NCBI GenBank assembly: GCA_028698185.1
Contig: JAQVDW010000003.1
Coordinates: 1 to 32,000 of the forward strand
Origin: Erysipelotrichaceae bacterium
GTDB taxonomy: Bacteria > Bacillota_I > Bacilli_A > Erysipelotrichales > Coprobacillaceae
Length of the DNA stretch: 32,000 bases
Reading direction: 5' to 3'
Of the stretch, positions 9,268-18,083 are shown one piece after another. The position numbers and the translations under genes were made by a program. Each line of letters starts with the position of its first letter. The stretch's first letter is position 1. Below the pieces are notes generated by a model, which was given only the letters and a program-made list of their open reading frames with translations, had not been told where the DNA came from and made no database searches.

Positions 9268-10542
9268 ATGAATCAGTATGAGTTTGAAACAAAATTATTG
9301 CATGCGGGATATTATCAAGTCGAGAGTGCCTTCAAGTCGCGCTCAGTCCCTATCTATCAAACCACTTCATTTGTTTTCGATGACTGTGCCCAGGCTCAGG
9401 ATCGGTTCAACCTTGCGCAACCGGGAAATATTTACACTCGTCTGACAAATCCGACGGTTGATGTGTTTGAACAACGGGTTGCCCAGTTGGAAGGCGGGAT
9501 CGGTGCAGTTGCTACAGCATCAGGGATGAGCGCCGTCTACTACGCGATCAAGAATCTAGTAAGCGCAAACGATCATATTGTTTCCGCCAGCAACATATAC
9601 GGGGGAAGCTATAATCTTATCAAGTATACTTTTGGACAAGAAGGGGTGAGCTCGACTTTTGTGGATATCGATGATCATGATGGATTCGAAGCAGCGATAA
9701 GACCTAATACGAAATGCATCTTCATCGAATCCCTCTCAAACCCCAACAGCAAAATCGGTGATATAGAAACAATCGCAAAAATCGCGAACCGGAACAGAAT
9801 CCCACTGATCGTCGACAATACCTTTTCTTCGCCTTATCTTCTCCGGCCGTTTGAGTATGGAGCAAACATAGTTGTCCATTCGGCGACAAAGCTTATCGGA
9901 GGAAGCGGCAACAGTGTCGGAGGCATAATTGTCGATGGCGGTAATTTCGAATATGATGTCGAAATGTTCCCTCACATTGCAGGCGAGCAAGAAAGCTACC
10001 ATAACATCAAGTTCGACAAGTCAGTTGCTTACATTGCCAGAATCAGGACCGTCCTGTTGCGTGACATCGGCGCTTGCATTTCGCCGTTCAATGCGTGGCT
10101 GTTCCTGCAAGGGATCGAGACTCTATCGTTGAGGGTAGACCGCCACAAGGACAATGCCCTCAAAGTGGTTGAATTCCTGAAAAACCATCGGCAGGTAGAT
10201 AAGGTGAACCATCCAAGCATTGACAATCGGGAGCTTTATGAAAAATACTATCCTGATGGAGCCGGGTTTGTATTCACTTTCGACATCAAAGGTGATGAAA
10301 AGAAAACCAAGAAGTTTATCGACAGTTTGAATCTGTTCTCGCTGTTGGCAAATATCGCAGACAGCCGATCTTTGGTAATCCATCCAGCCAGTACTACCCA
10401 CAGTCAGTTGACCAAGGAAGAACTGGAGCTCCACGATATCAAACCAAACACGGTGCGGGTATCGATCGGGCTGGAAAATATAAGGGATATTCTGGGAGAT
10501 TTGGACCAGGCATTCAAAGCAATCCAGGAAGACACTCAATAA
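9268..10542 (+). CDS. metY: O-acetylhomoserine aminocarboxypropyltransferase / sulfhydrylase (PLP-dependent)
   Basis: SD AAGAGGAGG precedes ATG 9268. ETKLLHAGY, NPT..V.E.R.A.LEGG and the PLP-lysine motif HSATKLIGGSGNSVGGIIVDGG are characteristic of the MetY/CysD family. Confidence 0.9.
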   Translation: MNQYEFETKLLHAGYYQVESAFKSRSVPIYQTTSFVFDDCAQAQDRFNLAQPGNIYTRLTNPTVDVFEQRVAQLEGGIGAVATASGMSAVYYAIKNLVSANDHIVSASNIYGGSYNLIKYTFGQEGVSSTFVDIDDHDGFEAAIRPNTKCIFIESLSNPNSKIGDIETIAKIANRNRIPLIVDNTFSSPYLLRPFEYGANIVVHSATKLIGGSGNSVGGIIVDGGNFEYDVEMFPHIAGEQESYHNIKFDKSVAYIARIRTVLLRDIGACISPFNAWLFLQGIETLSLRVDRHKDNALKVVEFLKNHRQVDKVNHPSIDNRELYEKYYPDGAGFVFTFDIKGDEKKTKKFIDSLNLFSLLANIADSRSLVIHPASTTHSQLTKEELELHDIKPNTVRVSIGLENIRDILGDLDQAFKAIQEDTQ

Positions 10543-10557
10543 TTGAGTGTTTTTTTT
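10532..10557 (+). terminator. rho-independent terminator of metY
   Basis: ACACTCAA / TTGAGTGT stem spanning the TAA stop, followed by T7. Confidence 0.75.
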
Positions 10558-10616
10558 GTTTCTATAGAAATAGGATGAAAAATGTGTATAATGTAAAACG
10601 AATGGAGGTGGCCGAA

Positions 10617-11168
10617 TTGGTGCTGATAAGATTATTTGGCTCATTGTTTTATATATCCGCGTTTACCTTCGGGGGAGGATATGTAATTGTCCCATTGATG
10701 CAAAAGCGTTTTGTCGAAGAACTGCAATGGATAGACGAAAATGAGATGTTGGATATGATCGCGATAGCCCAAAGTGCACCGGGCCCGGTGGCGGTCAATG
10801 CATCGATATTGGTCGGATACAAGGTTGCCAACATAATCGGAAGCCTGGTTGCGGTAGTGGCCACAGTATTGCCGCCATTGATAATAATATCGGTAGTTTC
10901 GATGTTTTATGAACAATTCAAAACCAACGTGCTAGTCAATTTGTTTTTGCAAGGCATGAAGGCGGCTGTCTGTGCGGTTATTTTTGATGTGGTGATCAGG
11001 CTGGCAAGAAACATCATTGGCCAAAGGGATATGATGAATATCTCATTGATAATGGCATGTTTCATCGCCGCTACACTCCTGAATCTCAATGTCGCGATAA
11101 TAATCTTGGCCTGTGCCACGGTAGGAGTCTTGCGTTTCCTGTTCAAAGGTAAAAGGGGGAAAAACTGA
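10617..11168 (+). CDS. chrA: chromate transporter (ChrA) family, half-size subunit 1
   Basis: FTFGGGYVIVPLM and AQSAPGPVAVNA are CHR-family motifs. The start is ambiguous. I favour TTG 10617, which is 8 nt after GGAGG (10604-10608) and downstream of an extended -10 TGTGTATAAT at 10583-10592. ATG 10602 or 10575 remain possible. Confidence 0.8.
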   Translation: MVLIRLFGSLFYISAFTFGGGYVIVPLMQKRFVEELQWIDENEMLDMIAIAQSAPGPVAVNASILVGYKVANIIGSLVAVVATVLPPLIIISVVSMFYEQFKTNVLVNLFLQGMKAAVCAVIFDVVIRLARNIIGQRDMMNISLIMACFIAATLLNLNVAIIILACATVGVLRFLFKGKRGKN

Positions 11169-11725
11169 TGTACTGGAATCTGTTTTATGCTTTTTTCAAG
11201 GTTGGTCTCTTTTCTTTTGGGGGCGGTCTGGCATCACTGCCCTTAATCCAAACGGAGATAATCGACAAATACAAGTGGATCGATCTCAATGTTTTCACGG
11301 ACCTGGTTTCAATCGCCCAGATGACCCCAGGACCGATCGCAATCAACGCCTCCACTTTTGTCGGCTTGAAAATCGGCGGACTTCCAGGCGCGATAGTTGC
11401 CACTTTCGCATGTGTTCTTCCCTCGATCATCATAATTTTCATTCTATTGGTGATATATAACCGCTTTAGGGAACTTGACGTGGTGCAGTCGATTTTGAAT
11501 TCACTGCGTCCGGCGATTGTGGCATTGATAGCAGTTGCCGGAATCAAGATTGCCCAGCTGGTTGTGTTTGTGGATGGGGTCGGCGGGATGAGCAATTTGG
11601 ATTGGATTGGAATCGGGACATCTGTGCTCAGTCTGATCGCGCTAAGGAAATACAAAATGGCTCCGGTGAAGACGATGATGATCTTTGGTATACTCGGGGC
11701 TGCAGGCTACTACTTTTTTGGATGA
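11168..11725 (+). CDS. chrA: chromate transporter (ChrA) family, half-size subunit 2
   Basis: SFGGGLASLPLIQ and AQMTPGPIAINAS motifs. The start overlaps the upstream stop (TGATG), as in ywrA/ywrB-type split pairs. Confidence 0.8.
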   Translation: MYWNLFYAFFKVGLFSFGGGLASLPLIQTEIIDKYKWIDLNVFTDLVSIAQMTPGPIAINASTFVGLKIGGLPGAIVATFACVLPSIIIIFILLVIYNRFRELDVVQSILNSLRPAIVALIAVAGIKIAQLVVFVDGVGGMSNLDWIGIGTSVLSLIALRKYKMAPVKTMMIFGILGAAGYYFFG

Positions 11726-11862
11726 CTGTTGAAAAATTGAATGCTCTGCGGCTATATTTATTGGAATAAAGTATACTATTAAGGGTAAAAAAAAACTGTA
11801 TGTGCTATAATAATAGCGATTAATGTCAATGTGAATAATATATATCTATATCAGGTGGTTTA

Positions 11863-12390
11863 ATGAGAAAAATTGAAGAAGTGATTGTTGTCGAAGGTAA
11901 GACGGACACCGCAATCTTGAAAAGATTGCTTGATGTCGACACCATCGAAACTAACGGTTTGAATATGACCGAGGAGACGTTGGAGCTGATTGTAAAGACC
12001 AATGAAACCCGAGGTGTAATAGTGTTGACTGACCCGGATTATCCGGGAAAGAAAATAAGGGATAGGATTCAGCAAGTGACAAACTGCAAGCATGCATTTG
12101 TCGCAAAGGATGATGCCATAGGATCATATCGCGGGAAAGCCAAAGTTGGTATAGCCCAAACCCGCAAGGAGGCTATAATCGATGCCTTGGAGAACATTGT
12201 GACATTCAAGGAAAATCAGGAAAGCATTTCTTGGCAGGAGTTTTTGTCGCTTGATATTGTGGGCAACAAAAAAAGACGCCTTCAGGTTTTTCACCAGTTC
12301 AATTTGGGTTACGGTAATGTAAAGACACTGTTCAAAAGACTCAATATGTTGGGGATTACTTTGGAGATGGTTAAGGAGATTCTTGATTGA
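11863..12390 (+). CDS. rnmV: ribonuclease M5 (5S rRNA maturase, Toprim domain)
   Basis: VIVVEGKTDT and VIVLTDPDYPGKKIR Toprim motifs. It occupies the conserved position upstream of rsmA. Confidence 0.9.
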   Translation: MRKIEEVIVVEGKTDTAILKRLLDVDTIETNGLNMTEETLELIVKTNETRGVIVLTDPDYPGKKIRDRIQQVTNCKHAFVAKDDAIGSYRGKAKVGIAQTRKEAIIDALENIVTFKENQESISWQEFLSLDIVGNKKRRLQVFHQFNLGYGNVKTLFKRLNMLGITLEMVKEILD

Positions 12391-13208
12391 TGAAAGATAT
12401 TGCCACGGTAGCGACTACTGATTATATTTTAAACAAGTATAATTTGAAAGCATTGAAGAAATTCGGCCAGAACTTCCTGATTGACAGCAATGTCGTCACG
12501 AAGATTGTCCATTCCCAGCACATCGACCATAATACCTGCGTTATTGAAATCGGACCGGGGATCGGAGCGATGACCCAGATTTTGCAGCGCTTTGCGGGAC
12601 AGGTAATCAGCTATGAGATAGACACCAGATTCGAACCGGTATATCGGGAATTCCTGGATTATCCTAATGTGGAAATTATCTTTGGTGATTTTCTGGAAGT
12701 TGATATTGCCACAAAAGTGGATGAACTCAAAAAAGAATACGAGCAGGTTCTGGTTGTGGCCAACATCCCATACTATATAACAACAAGAATTATTGAAAAG
12801 ATCATTTTAAGTGGCGCCAAAGTCGATGCCATGTTGCTGATGGTCCAAAAAGAGGTTGCCTTGAAGTTCAGCGGGGATTACAAAAGCCCTCTTACTCTTT
12901 TGATAGACTATTTGGGAAAGAGTGAATATCTCTTTACCGTGAGCAAGAACGTTTTCAATCCTCGACCTCACATCGATAGTGCGATATTGAGGATTACGAT
13001 TTCCCGGGAATACGACAAAAAGCTTTATGAGCTTCTGGAGGTGGCGTTCCGACAAAGGCGCAAAACCATATTCAACAACCTTAAAGAGGAATATGGCGAT
13101 GCGCGCCACTATTTGGAAGAAGCTGGAATCAAGGAAAACATGCGCTGCGATCAGCTGGATATCAGCGATTATTTGAATCTTTTGAAAGTTATAGGTGAAA
13201 AACAATGA
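12390..13208 (+). CDS. rsmA: 16S rRNA (adenine1518/1519-N6)-dimethyltransferase
   Basis: KKFGQNFLID, the SAM motif IEIGPGIGAMT, and VANIPYYITT. ATG 12390 overlaps the rnmV TGA by 1 nt; the listed ORF start TTG 12387 is the alternative. Confidence 0.95.
   Translation: MKDIATVATTDYILNKYNLKALKKFGQNFLIDSNVVTKIVHSQHIDHNTCVIEIGPGIGAMTQILQRFAGQVISYEIDTRFEPVYREFLDYPNVEIIFGDFLEVDIATKVDELKKEYEQVLVVANIPYYITTRIIEKIILSGAKVDAMLLMVQKEVALKFSGDYKSPLTLLIDYLGKSEYLFTVSKNVFNPRPHIDSAILRITISREYDKKLYELLEVAFRQRRKTIFNNLKEEYGDARHYLEEAGIKENMRCDQLDISDYLNLLKVIGEKQ
12999..13012. other. Noc-binding-site (NBS)-like palindrome
   Basis: ATTTCCCGGGAATA matches 12/14 positions of ATTTCCCGGGAAAT and contains the exact TTCCCGGGAA core. 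It lies inside rsmA. Confidence 0.45.
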
Positions 13209-14053
13209 AAATTAAGGCATATGCGAAGATTAATCTAGCCTTGAAAGTTGTCAACAAGCGCGACGACGGATACCATGATCTAAAAATGATAATGGTGCCG
13301 ATCACGCTCCATGACTTGATTTATATAGACAAGACATCAAAGGGGATCATCATCAAGTCGAACAGTTCGATTCTCCCGACAAACAAGAGCAACATCATGT
13401 ATCAGATAGTGACAAAGATGCAAAAGCTCTATAATCTTTCAGGGGGAGTTGAGATATTTATCTATAAACATATCCCAACCCAAGCCGGTCTTGGGGGTGG
13501 ATCCGCCGATGGTGCGGCCATTCTCCATGCCATGAACCAGCTATATGAGCTCAATTTGACAAACGAACAATTGGCAAATATCGGCAAGGAAGTGGGAGCG
13601 GACATCCCTTTTTGTGTCTACAATCAGATGGCTTATGTTGAGGGAATCGGAGAGAAACTCAGCTTTATCGATAACGACTTCCGGGCGCATATCCTTCTAG
13701 TAAAACCTAGAAAAGGTGTAAGCACCAAAAAAGCTTTTGAGAATTTGAGATTCGACCAAATAGGACAGGCGAACCTCGAAGAAATGGTAGATGCGATCGA
13801 AGCTGATGATTATCCAAATATTATCGCCAATATGACAAATTCTTTGGAAGAGAATGCCATGAAATCCGTAAGGGAGATTAAGGAAATCAAGGCGAAACTG
13901 ATCGAGTTGGGATTTGATAATGCTTTGATGACAGGGTCTGGAAGCTGTGTATTTGGCATAACCCGAAACGAAGAAGTGCTCGAGGCCGGAGATGAATATT
14001 TCAGCAGTAAAAACCTGTATGTGAGAAAAACGGAATTATTGAGCAAAAAGTAG
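13205..14053 (+). CDS. ispE: 4-(cytidine 5'-diphospho)-2-C-methyl-D-erythritol kinase (MEP pathway)
   Basis: KAYAKINLALKVVNKRDDGYHDL and the GHMP-kinase motif PTQAGLGGGSADGAA. ATGA overlap with the rsmA stop. Confidence 0.92.
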   Translation: MKIKAYAKINLALKVVNKRDDGYHDLKMIMVPITLHDLIYIDKTSKGIIIKSNSSILPTNKSNIMYQIVTKMQKLYNLSGGVEIFIYKHIPTQAGLGGGSADGAAILHAMNQLYELNLTNEQLANIGKEVGADIPFCVYNQMAYVEGIGEKLSFIDNDFRAHILLVKPRKGVSTKKAFENLRFDQIGQANLEEMVDAIEADDYPNIIANMTNSLEENAMKSVREIKEIKAKLIELGFDNALMTGSGSCVFGITRNEEVLEAGDEYFSSKNLYVRKTELLSKK

Positions 14054-14062
14054 AAATTATTA

Positions 14063-14091
14063 TTGAACAATCGATAGATTTTCGATAAAAT
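14063..14091 (+). promoter_or_regulatory. candidate internal promoter for glmU-prs
   Basis: TTGAAC (14063-14068), 17-nt spacer, TAAAAT (14086-14091). Confidence 0.5.
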
Positions 14092-14114
14092 GGGGATTTG
14101 AAAGGCGGAAATGG

Positions 14115-15488
14115 ATGAAAACTTATGCAATTGTATTAGCGGCAGGCAAAGGAACACGGATGAAGTCAAATCGGCCGAAAGTTGTACATGAGGTTTTATA
14201 TAAACCAATGATTGTTCATATAGTCGAGCAATTAAAGCAACTTGAAATTGATGAGATCTTCGTCGTGGTTGGCTATCAGGCAGATCAAGTAAAGGCTGTA
14301 ATCGATGGAGTCACTTTTGTCTATCAAAACGAACAGCTAGGAACCGGGCATGCAATCATGCAAGCCAAGGAGCTGTTGGCTGACAAGGAAGGAACAACGT
14401 TAATATTGAACGGTGATGCTCCTTTGATCAGACACGAAACTTTAAACAAGTTGAGAAAATTCCATAATGAAAATAAGTTCAAAGGAACAATCATGACTTG
14501 TGATTGTGATCTGGAAACAAGATTTGGCCGGATTATCAAGGATGGCAACCAGGTGACAGGGATTGTCGAATACCGGGATGCGACCGAAGCACAAAGAAAT
14601 ATCGCTGAGATGAATGTCGGTGAGTATTGCTTCGACAATATTGAATTGTTCAAGGCTTTGGAGAAAATCGATTCTAATAATGATCAAAATGAATATTATC
14701 TCACCGATGTTGTAAAAATTATGAACGATGACCAAATCAAAGTCGGATCTTATAAGATTCCGGATCTGATGGAAGTCGGTGGAATCAATAATTTGTATGA
14801 ACTGGCTGAGGCCACAAAAGCGATGCAAAGAAGAGTCAACAAGGAATTGTTGCTTGAAGGGGTTCAAATAATAGATCCGGAGAACACCTACATAAGCAAT
14901 GACGTATCCATAGGAGCACATACCTTGGTCGAACCTGGATGCATAATCAGAGGTAAGACAACAATCGGAGAAAATTGCCACATCGGACCAAACTGTGAAA
15001 TCGCGAATACGACAATCGGCGACAATGTGGAGATCAAATTCTCGGTGATTCATGATTCTACGATTGAAAACAATGTGGACATGGGGCCTTATGTCCGTCT
15101 GAGAAACAATTGCCACATATTGGAAGGAGTCCACATGGGGAACTTTGTGGAAATGAAAAACGCCACTTTCGGAGCAGGTTCGAAAGCGGCACACCTTTCA
15201 TATATCGGCGATGCGAAAGTTGGCAAGAACGTCAATATCGGATGCGGAACAATTACTGTCAATTATGACGGAAAGAACAAATCAGTTACAACCATCGAAG
15301 ACAATGCTTTTATCGGATGTAACGCCAATCTGGTTGCCCCGTTGGTTATTGGAAAAGGTGCATTTGTAGCTGCCGGTTCGACGGTTACCAAAGATGTCGG
15401 CCCTGATGATTTCGCTATTGCCAGAAGCAAAGAAGTGATCAAGACCGGTTATGCAAAAACATTAGAAGAAAAAAGAAACAAAAAATAG
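14115..15488 (+). CDS. glmU: bifunctional UDP-N-acetylglucosamine pyrophosphorylase / GlcN-1-P acetyltransferase
   Basis: AIVLAAGKGTRMKSNRPKVVH N-terminal motif. The C-terminal half is a left-handed beta-helix of hexapeptide repeats. Confidence 0.96.
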   Translation: MKTYAIVLAAGKGTRMKSNRPKVVHEVLYKPMIVHIVEQLKQLEIDEIFVVVGYQADQVKAVIDGVTFVYQNEQLGTGHAIMQAKELLADKEGTTLILNGDAPLIRHETLNKLRKFHNENKFKGTIMTCDCDLETRFGRIIKDGNQVTGIVEYRDATEAQRNIAEMNVGEYCFDNIELFKALEKIDSNNDQNEYYLTDVVKIMNDDQIKVGSYKIPDLMEVGGINNLYELAEATKAMQRRVNKELLLEGVQIIDPENTYISNDVSIGAHTLVEPGCIIRGKTTIGENCHIGPNCEIANTTIGDNVEIKFSVIHDSTIENNVDMGPYVRLRNNCHILEGVHMGNFVEMKNATFGAGSKAAHLSYIGDAKVGKNVNIGCGTITVNYDGKNKSVTTIEDNAFIGCNANLVAPLVIGKGAFVAAGSTVTKDVGPDDFAIARSKEVIKTGYAKTLEEKRNKK

Positions 15489-15501
15489 TAAGGAGCCCAA
15501 T

Positions 15502-16452
15502 ATGAAAAACAAAATTACAATTTTCTCGTTATCCGCAAGTAAGGAACTTGCACAGTCAATAGCATCGAAATTAGGAACAGAGGTCGGTAAGTGTGAAGTC
15601 CGTCATTTCGCCGATGGTGAAATCCTGGTCGAAATGGATGAGTCGGTTCGTGGGAAGGATGTCTACATCATCCAGTCAACATCTTCACCGGTAACTGAGA
15701 ACCTGATGGAGATCTTGGTATTATGCGATGCCCTTAAAAGAGCGTCAGCTGGAAACATCACAGCGGTAATGCCTTATTTCGGTTATGCCCGCCAAGACCG
15801 TAAAGCGAAACCAAGACAACCGATCACTTCAAAACTGGTAGCTGATTTGCTTACAGTCGCTGGTGTGAACCGTGTCATCACTGTTGATTTGCATGCAGCC
15901 CAGCTACAAGGTTTCTTCAACATTCCAGTTGATGACATGCAGGCATTGCCATTGTTGACTAACTACTTCAGAAACAAAGGTCTTGATGATATTTGCGTAG
16001 TTTCACCAGACCATGGTGGAGCAAACAGAGCCCGGAAAATGGCTCAAGCATTAGATGCGCCGGTAGCAATCATTGACAAAAGAAGACCAAAACCAAATGT
16101 TGCTGAGGTAATGGGCGTATTGGGAGATGTCAACGGGAAAAACTGTATCGTTATCGATGACATGATCGACACTGGTGGAACAATTACTGCCGGTATCGAA
16201 ATGCTTATCAATAAAGGGGCTAAGAACGTTTTTGTTGCTTGTACTCACCCGGTGTTCTCTGGACCGGCAAGGGAGAGACTTCGAAATTCATCGGCTGTAG
16301 AAGTTGTCGTTACCGATACTATTGCGATTCCTGATGAAAAAAGATTCCCTAAACTGAGCATAGTATCTGTTGACTCACTGCTTGCTAAAACCATCGAGCA
16401 CGTGGAAAACAATCTACCGGTCTCTGACGTTTTTGATATGTACACATTCTAA
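15502..16452 (+). CDS. prs: ribose-phosphate pyrophosphokinase
   Basis: FADGEILV, GYARQDRK, DLHAAQLQGFFNIPVD and the PRPP loop VIDDMIDTGGT. Confidence 0.97.
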   Translation: MKNKITIFSLSASKELAQSIASKLGTEVGKCEVRHFADGEILVEMDESVRGKDVYIIQSTSSPVTENLMEILVLCDALKRASAGNITAVMPYFGYARQDRKAKPRQPITSKLVADLLTVAGVNRVITVDLHAAQLQGFFNIPVDDMQALPLLTNYFRNKGLDDICVVSPDHGGANRARKMAQALDAPVAIIDKRRPKPNVAEVMGVLGDVNGKNCIVIDDMIDTGGTITAGIEMLINKGAKNVFVACTHPVFSGPARERLRNSSAVEVVVTDTIAIPDEKRFPKLSIVSVDSLLAKTIEHVENNLPVSDVFDMYTF

Positions 16453-16520
16453 TATTTGGCAACAAGTGCCAATAATGGTTTACTGACATTAAGTCTCACA
16501 ACTAACAAAGGAGATTCAAA

Positions 16521-16976
16521 ATGAAAGTACTATTACTGTCTTGTTCGCCTAATGGCGAAATAGATGAGGTAACCAGTTTGCTTACTAAATCTCTTTGCGC
16601 ACATAAAGAGCAGTTAATCTATAAGCATGAAGCACCTGCCGCCATCCGGTTTCTTGGAAAACTTGATCAATTTGAGGATCTTGGTGTCAATCCCAATGAC
16701 TATGATTTGATTGTGATAGGTATTGAGAAATTAGATGGTTACTATGTCAAATCATTGAGGGATATCCTTGAAAAACAGAATGTTTCCCAAAAGAAAATAG
16801 CGTTTTACTACCTTGATGAGCTTCGGGCCAGATTTGCCCATCGGCATCTGCTAAAAGCCCTTGAGGGTAACCAGATAATGGGTTCGCTGGCTATAAAAGA
16901 TGTTCAGAATAATTATCACAAGTATGTAATTCCAATAGTCCAATGGGCAAATAATATTGTAAGTAAATGCATTTAA
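16521..16976 (+). CDS. hypothetical protein, possibly a degenerate flavodoxin-like fold
   Basis: 151 aa with a good SD (AAAGGAGA, 7 nt before the ATG) and its own terminator. MKVLLLSCSP..., DYDLIVIGIE and KKIAFYY resemble the beta-strand pattern of flavodoxin-like proteins. I recognise no cofactor motif. Confidence 0.5.
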   Translation: MKVLLLSCSPNGEIDEVTSLLTKSLCAHKEQLIYKHEAPAAIRFLGKLDQFEDLGVNPNDYDLIVIGIEKLDGYYVKSLRDILEKQNVSQKKIAFYYLDELRARFAHRHLLKALEGNQIMGSLAIKDVQNNYHKYVIPIVQWANNIVSKCI

Positions 16977-16980
16977 AAGG

Positions 16981-17020
16981 GATGGTTTTGGCGCCAATTA
17001 GTCAAAACCGTCTTTTTTTT
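16981..17020 (+). terminator. rho-independent terminator
   Basis: GATGGTTTTG / CAAAACCGTC 10-bp stem (one G-U), 12-nt loop, T8 (17013-17020). Confidence 0.8.
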
Positions 17021-17262
17021 GAAAAATTATCTAATCGCTTTAAAAACATTGGAAATAAGCATATAATTTAAACAGCTATCGTAAAAAATAAACAGCGAAT
17101 TTGATAACACGTAATATTGGAATGTATATAAAAGAAACACAATTGAAACAAATATTCGTGCTTACATTTTAGGGTTAAGACAAAATAGTAAGGGGTAACT
17201 TTAAAAAAATATCGAATATACCGGAATAATGTGCGTTTTATGTTTAAAAGTATTTTGTAAAT

Positions 17263-17291
17263 TTGACAAGTCGGTGTGATTTTGATAATAT
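17263..17291 (+). promoter_or_regulatory. sigma-A promoter for tatD and the yabE-like gene
   Basis: TTGACA (17263-17268), 17-nt spacer, extended -10 TGATAATAT (-10 hexamer 17286-17291). Confidence 0.6.
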
Positions 17292-17310
17292 TCCCTGTGA
17301 GGTGGATTCT

Positions 17311-18069
17311 ATGTATTTTGATAGTCATGTACATTTAAATAGTGAGCAGCTTTATAAAGACCGCGATTTGTTTATCGCGAACGCCCTGGAAAATGGGGTT
17401 GCCAACATGCTCGTTGTTGGATATGACATGGAGTCATCAAAGCTCGCAGTGGAGCTTGCCAACTCGTATGAATTTCTATATGCTGCGGTTGCGATCGGAC
17501 CTAATGATTGCAACGAGACAACAATGGAAGACATGCATGTACTGGAAAAATATTTAGATGATCCTAAAGTTGTAGCTATAGGCGAAACAGGACTCGATTA
17601 TTATTGGGACCATGTAGCTGCATCAAAGCAAAAAGAAGTTTTTCAATGGCACATCGACATGGCAAAGAAACACAATATGCCCTTGTCGATTCACTGCAGA
17701 GATGCCTATGAAGATACTTACTCGATGCTCAAACAAGCTTCCCATTTTGGGGTAATGCATTGTTATAGCGGTTCGGCCCAGATGGCCCAACGCTTTGTCG
17801 ATATCGGATTCAAGATATCGTTGGCGGGAACCGTCACTTTCAAGAATGCGCGAGTACCAAAGGAAGTTGCAGGCCATATTCAAATAGAAAATTTATTGAT
17901 AGAAACAGATTGTCCGTACCTAACGCCGCATCCATTTCGTGGCAAATTGAATGAACCTGCAAATGTGATCTACGTAGCTAAAGAAATCGCCAAGATTAAA
18001 AATTTAGAAATAGAAGACGTAGGAAGCATAACTGAATTTAATGCCAAAAAATTGTTTGGGATTAAATAA
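17311..18069 (+). CDS. tatD: TatD-family metal-dependent DNase/hydrolase (YabD-like)
   Basis: MYFDSHVHLN start (ATG 17311 after GAGGTGG). IGETGLDYYWD and PLSIHCRDA motifs. The promoter lies inside the longer listed ORF (17263), so I use the shorter start. Confidence 0.9.
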   Translation: MYFDSHVHLNSEQLYKDRDLFIANALENGVANMLVVGYDMESSKLAVELANSYEFLYAAVAIGPNDCNETTMEDMHVLEKYLDDPKVVAIGETGLDYYWDHVAASKQKEVFQWHIDMAKKHNMPLSIHCRDAYEDTYSMLKQASHFGVMHCYSGSAQMAQRFVDIGFKISLAGTVTFKNARVPKEVAGHIQIENLLIETDCPYLTPHPFRGKLNEPANVIYVAKEIAKIKNLEIEDVGSITEFNAKKLFGIK

Positions 18070-18083
18070 GGAGGAAATGATTC

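Noticed and set aside
14442-15194. 250-aa ORF antisense to glmU. Similar long antisense ORFs lie at 10123-10644 (in metY), 24771-25283 (in parB), 11185-11655 (in chrA), 5744-6187 and 3604-4011 (in the activase gene).
   Set aside because: They lie entirely inside confidently identified genes on the opposite strand. They have no SD or family resemblance, and their composition looks like mirror-frame translation. They are shadow ORFs.
17068-17334. 88-aa minus-strand ORF in the AT-rich spacer before tatD.
   Set aside because: The sequence is a low-complexity Ile/Tyr/Phe/Lys-rich translation of AT-rich DNA. It overlaps the tatD promoter and start, and it has no SD.
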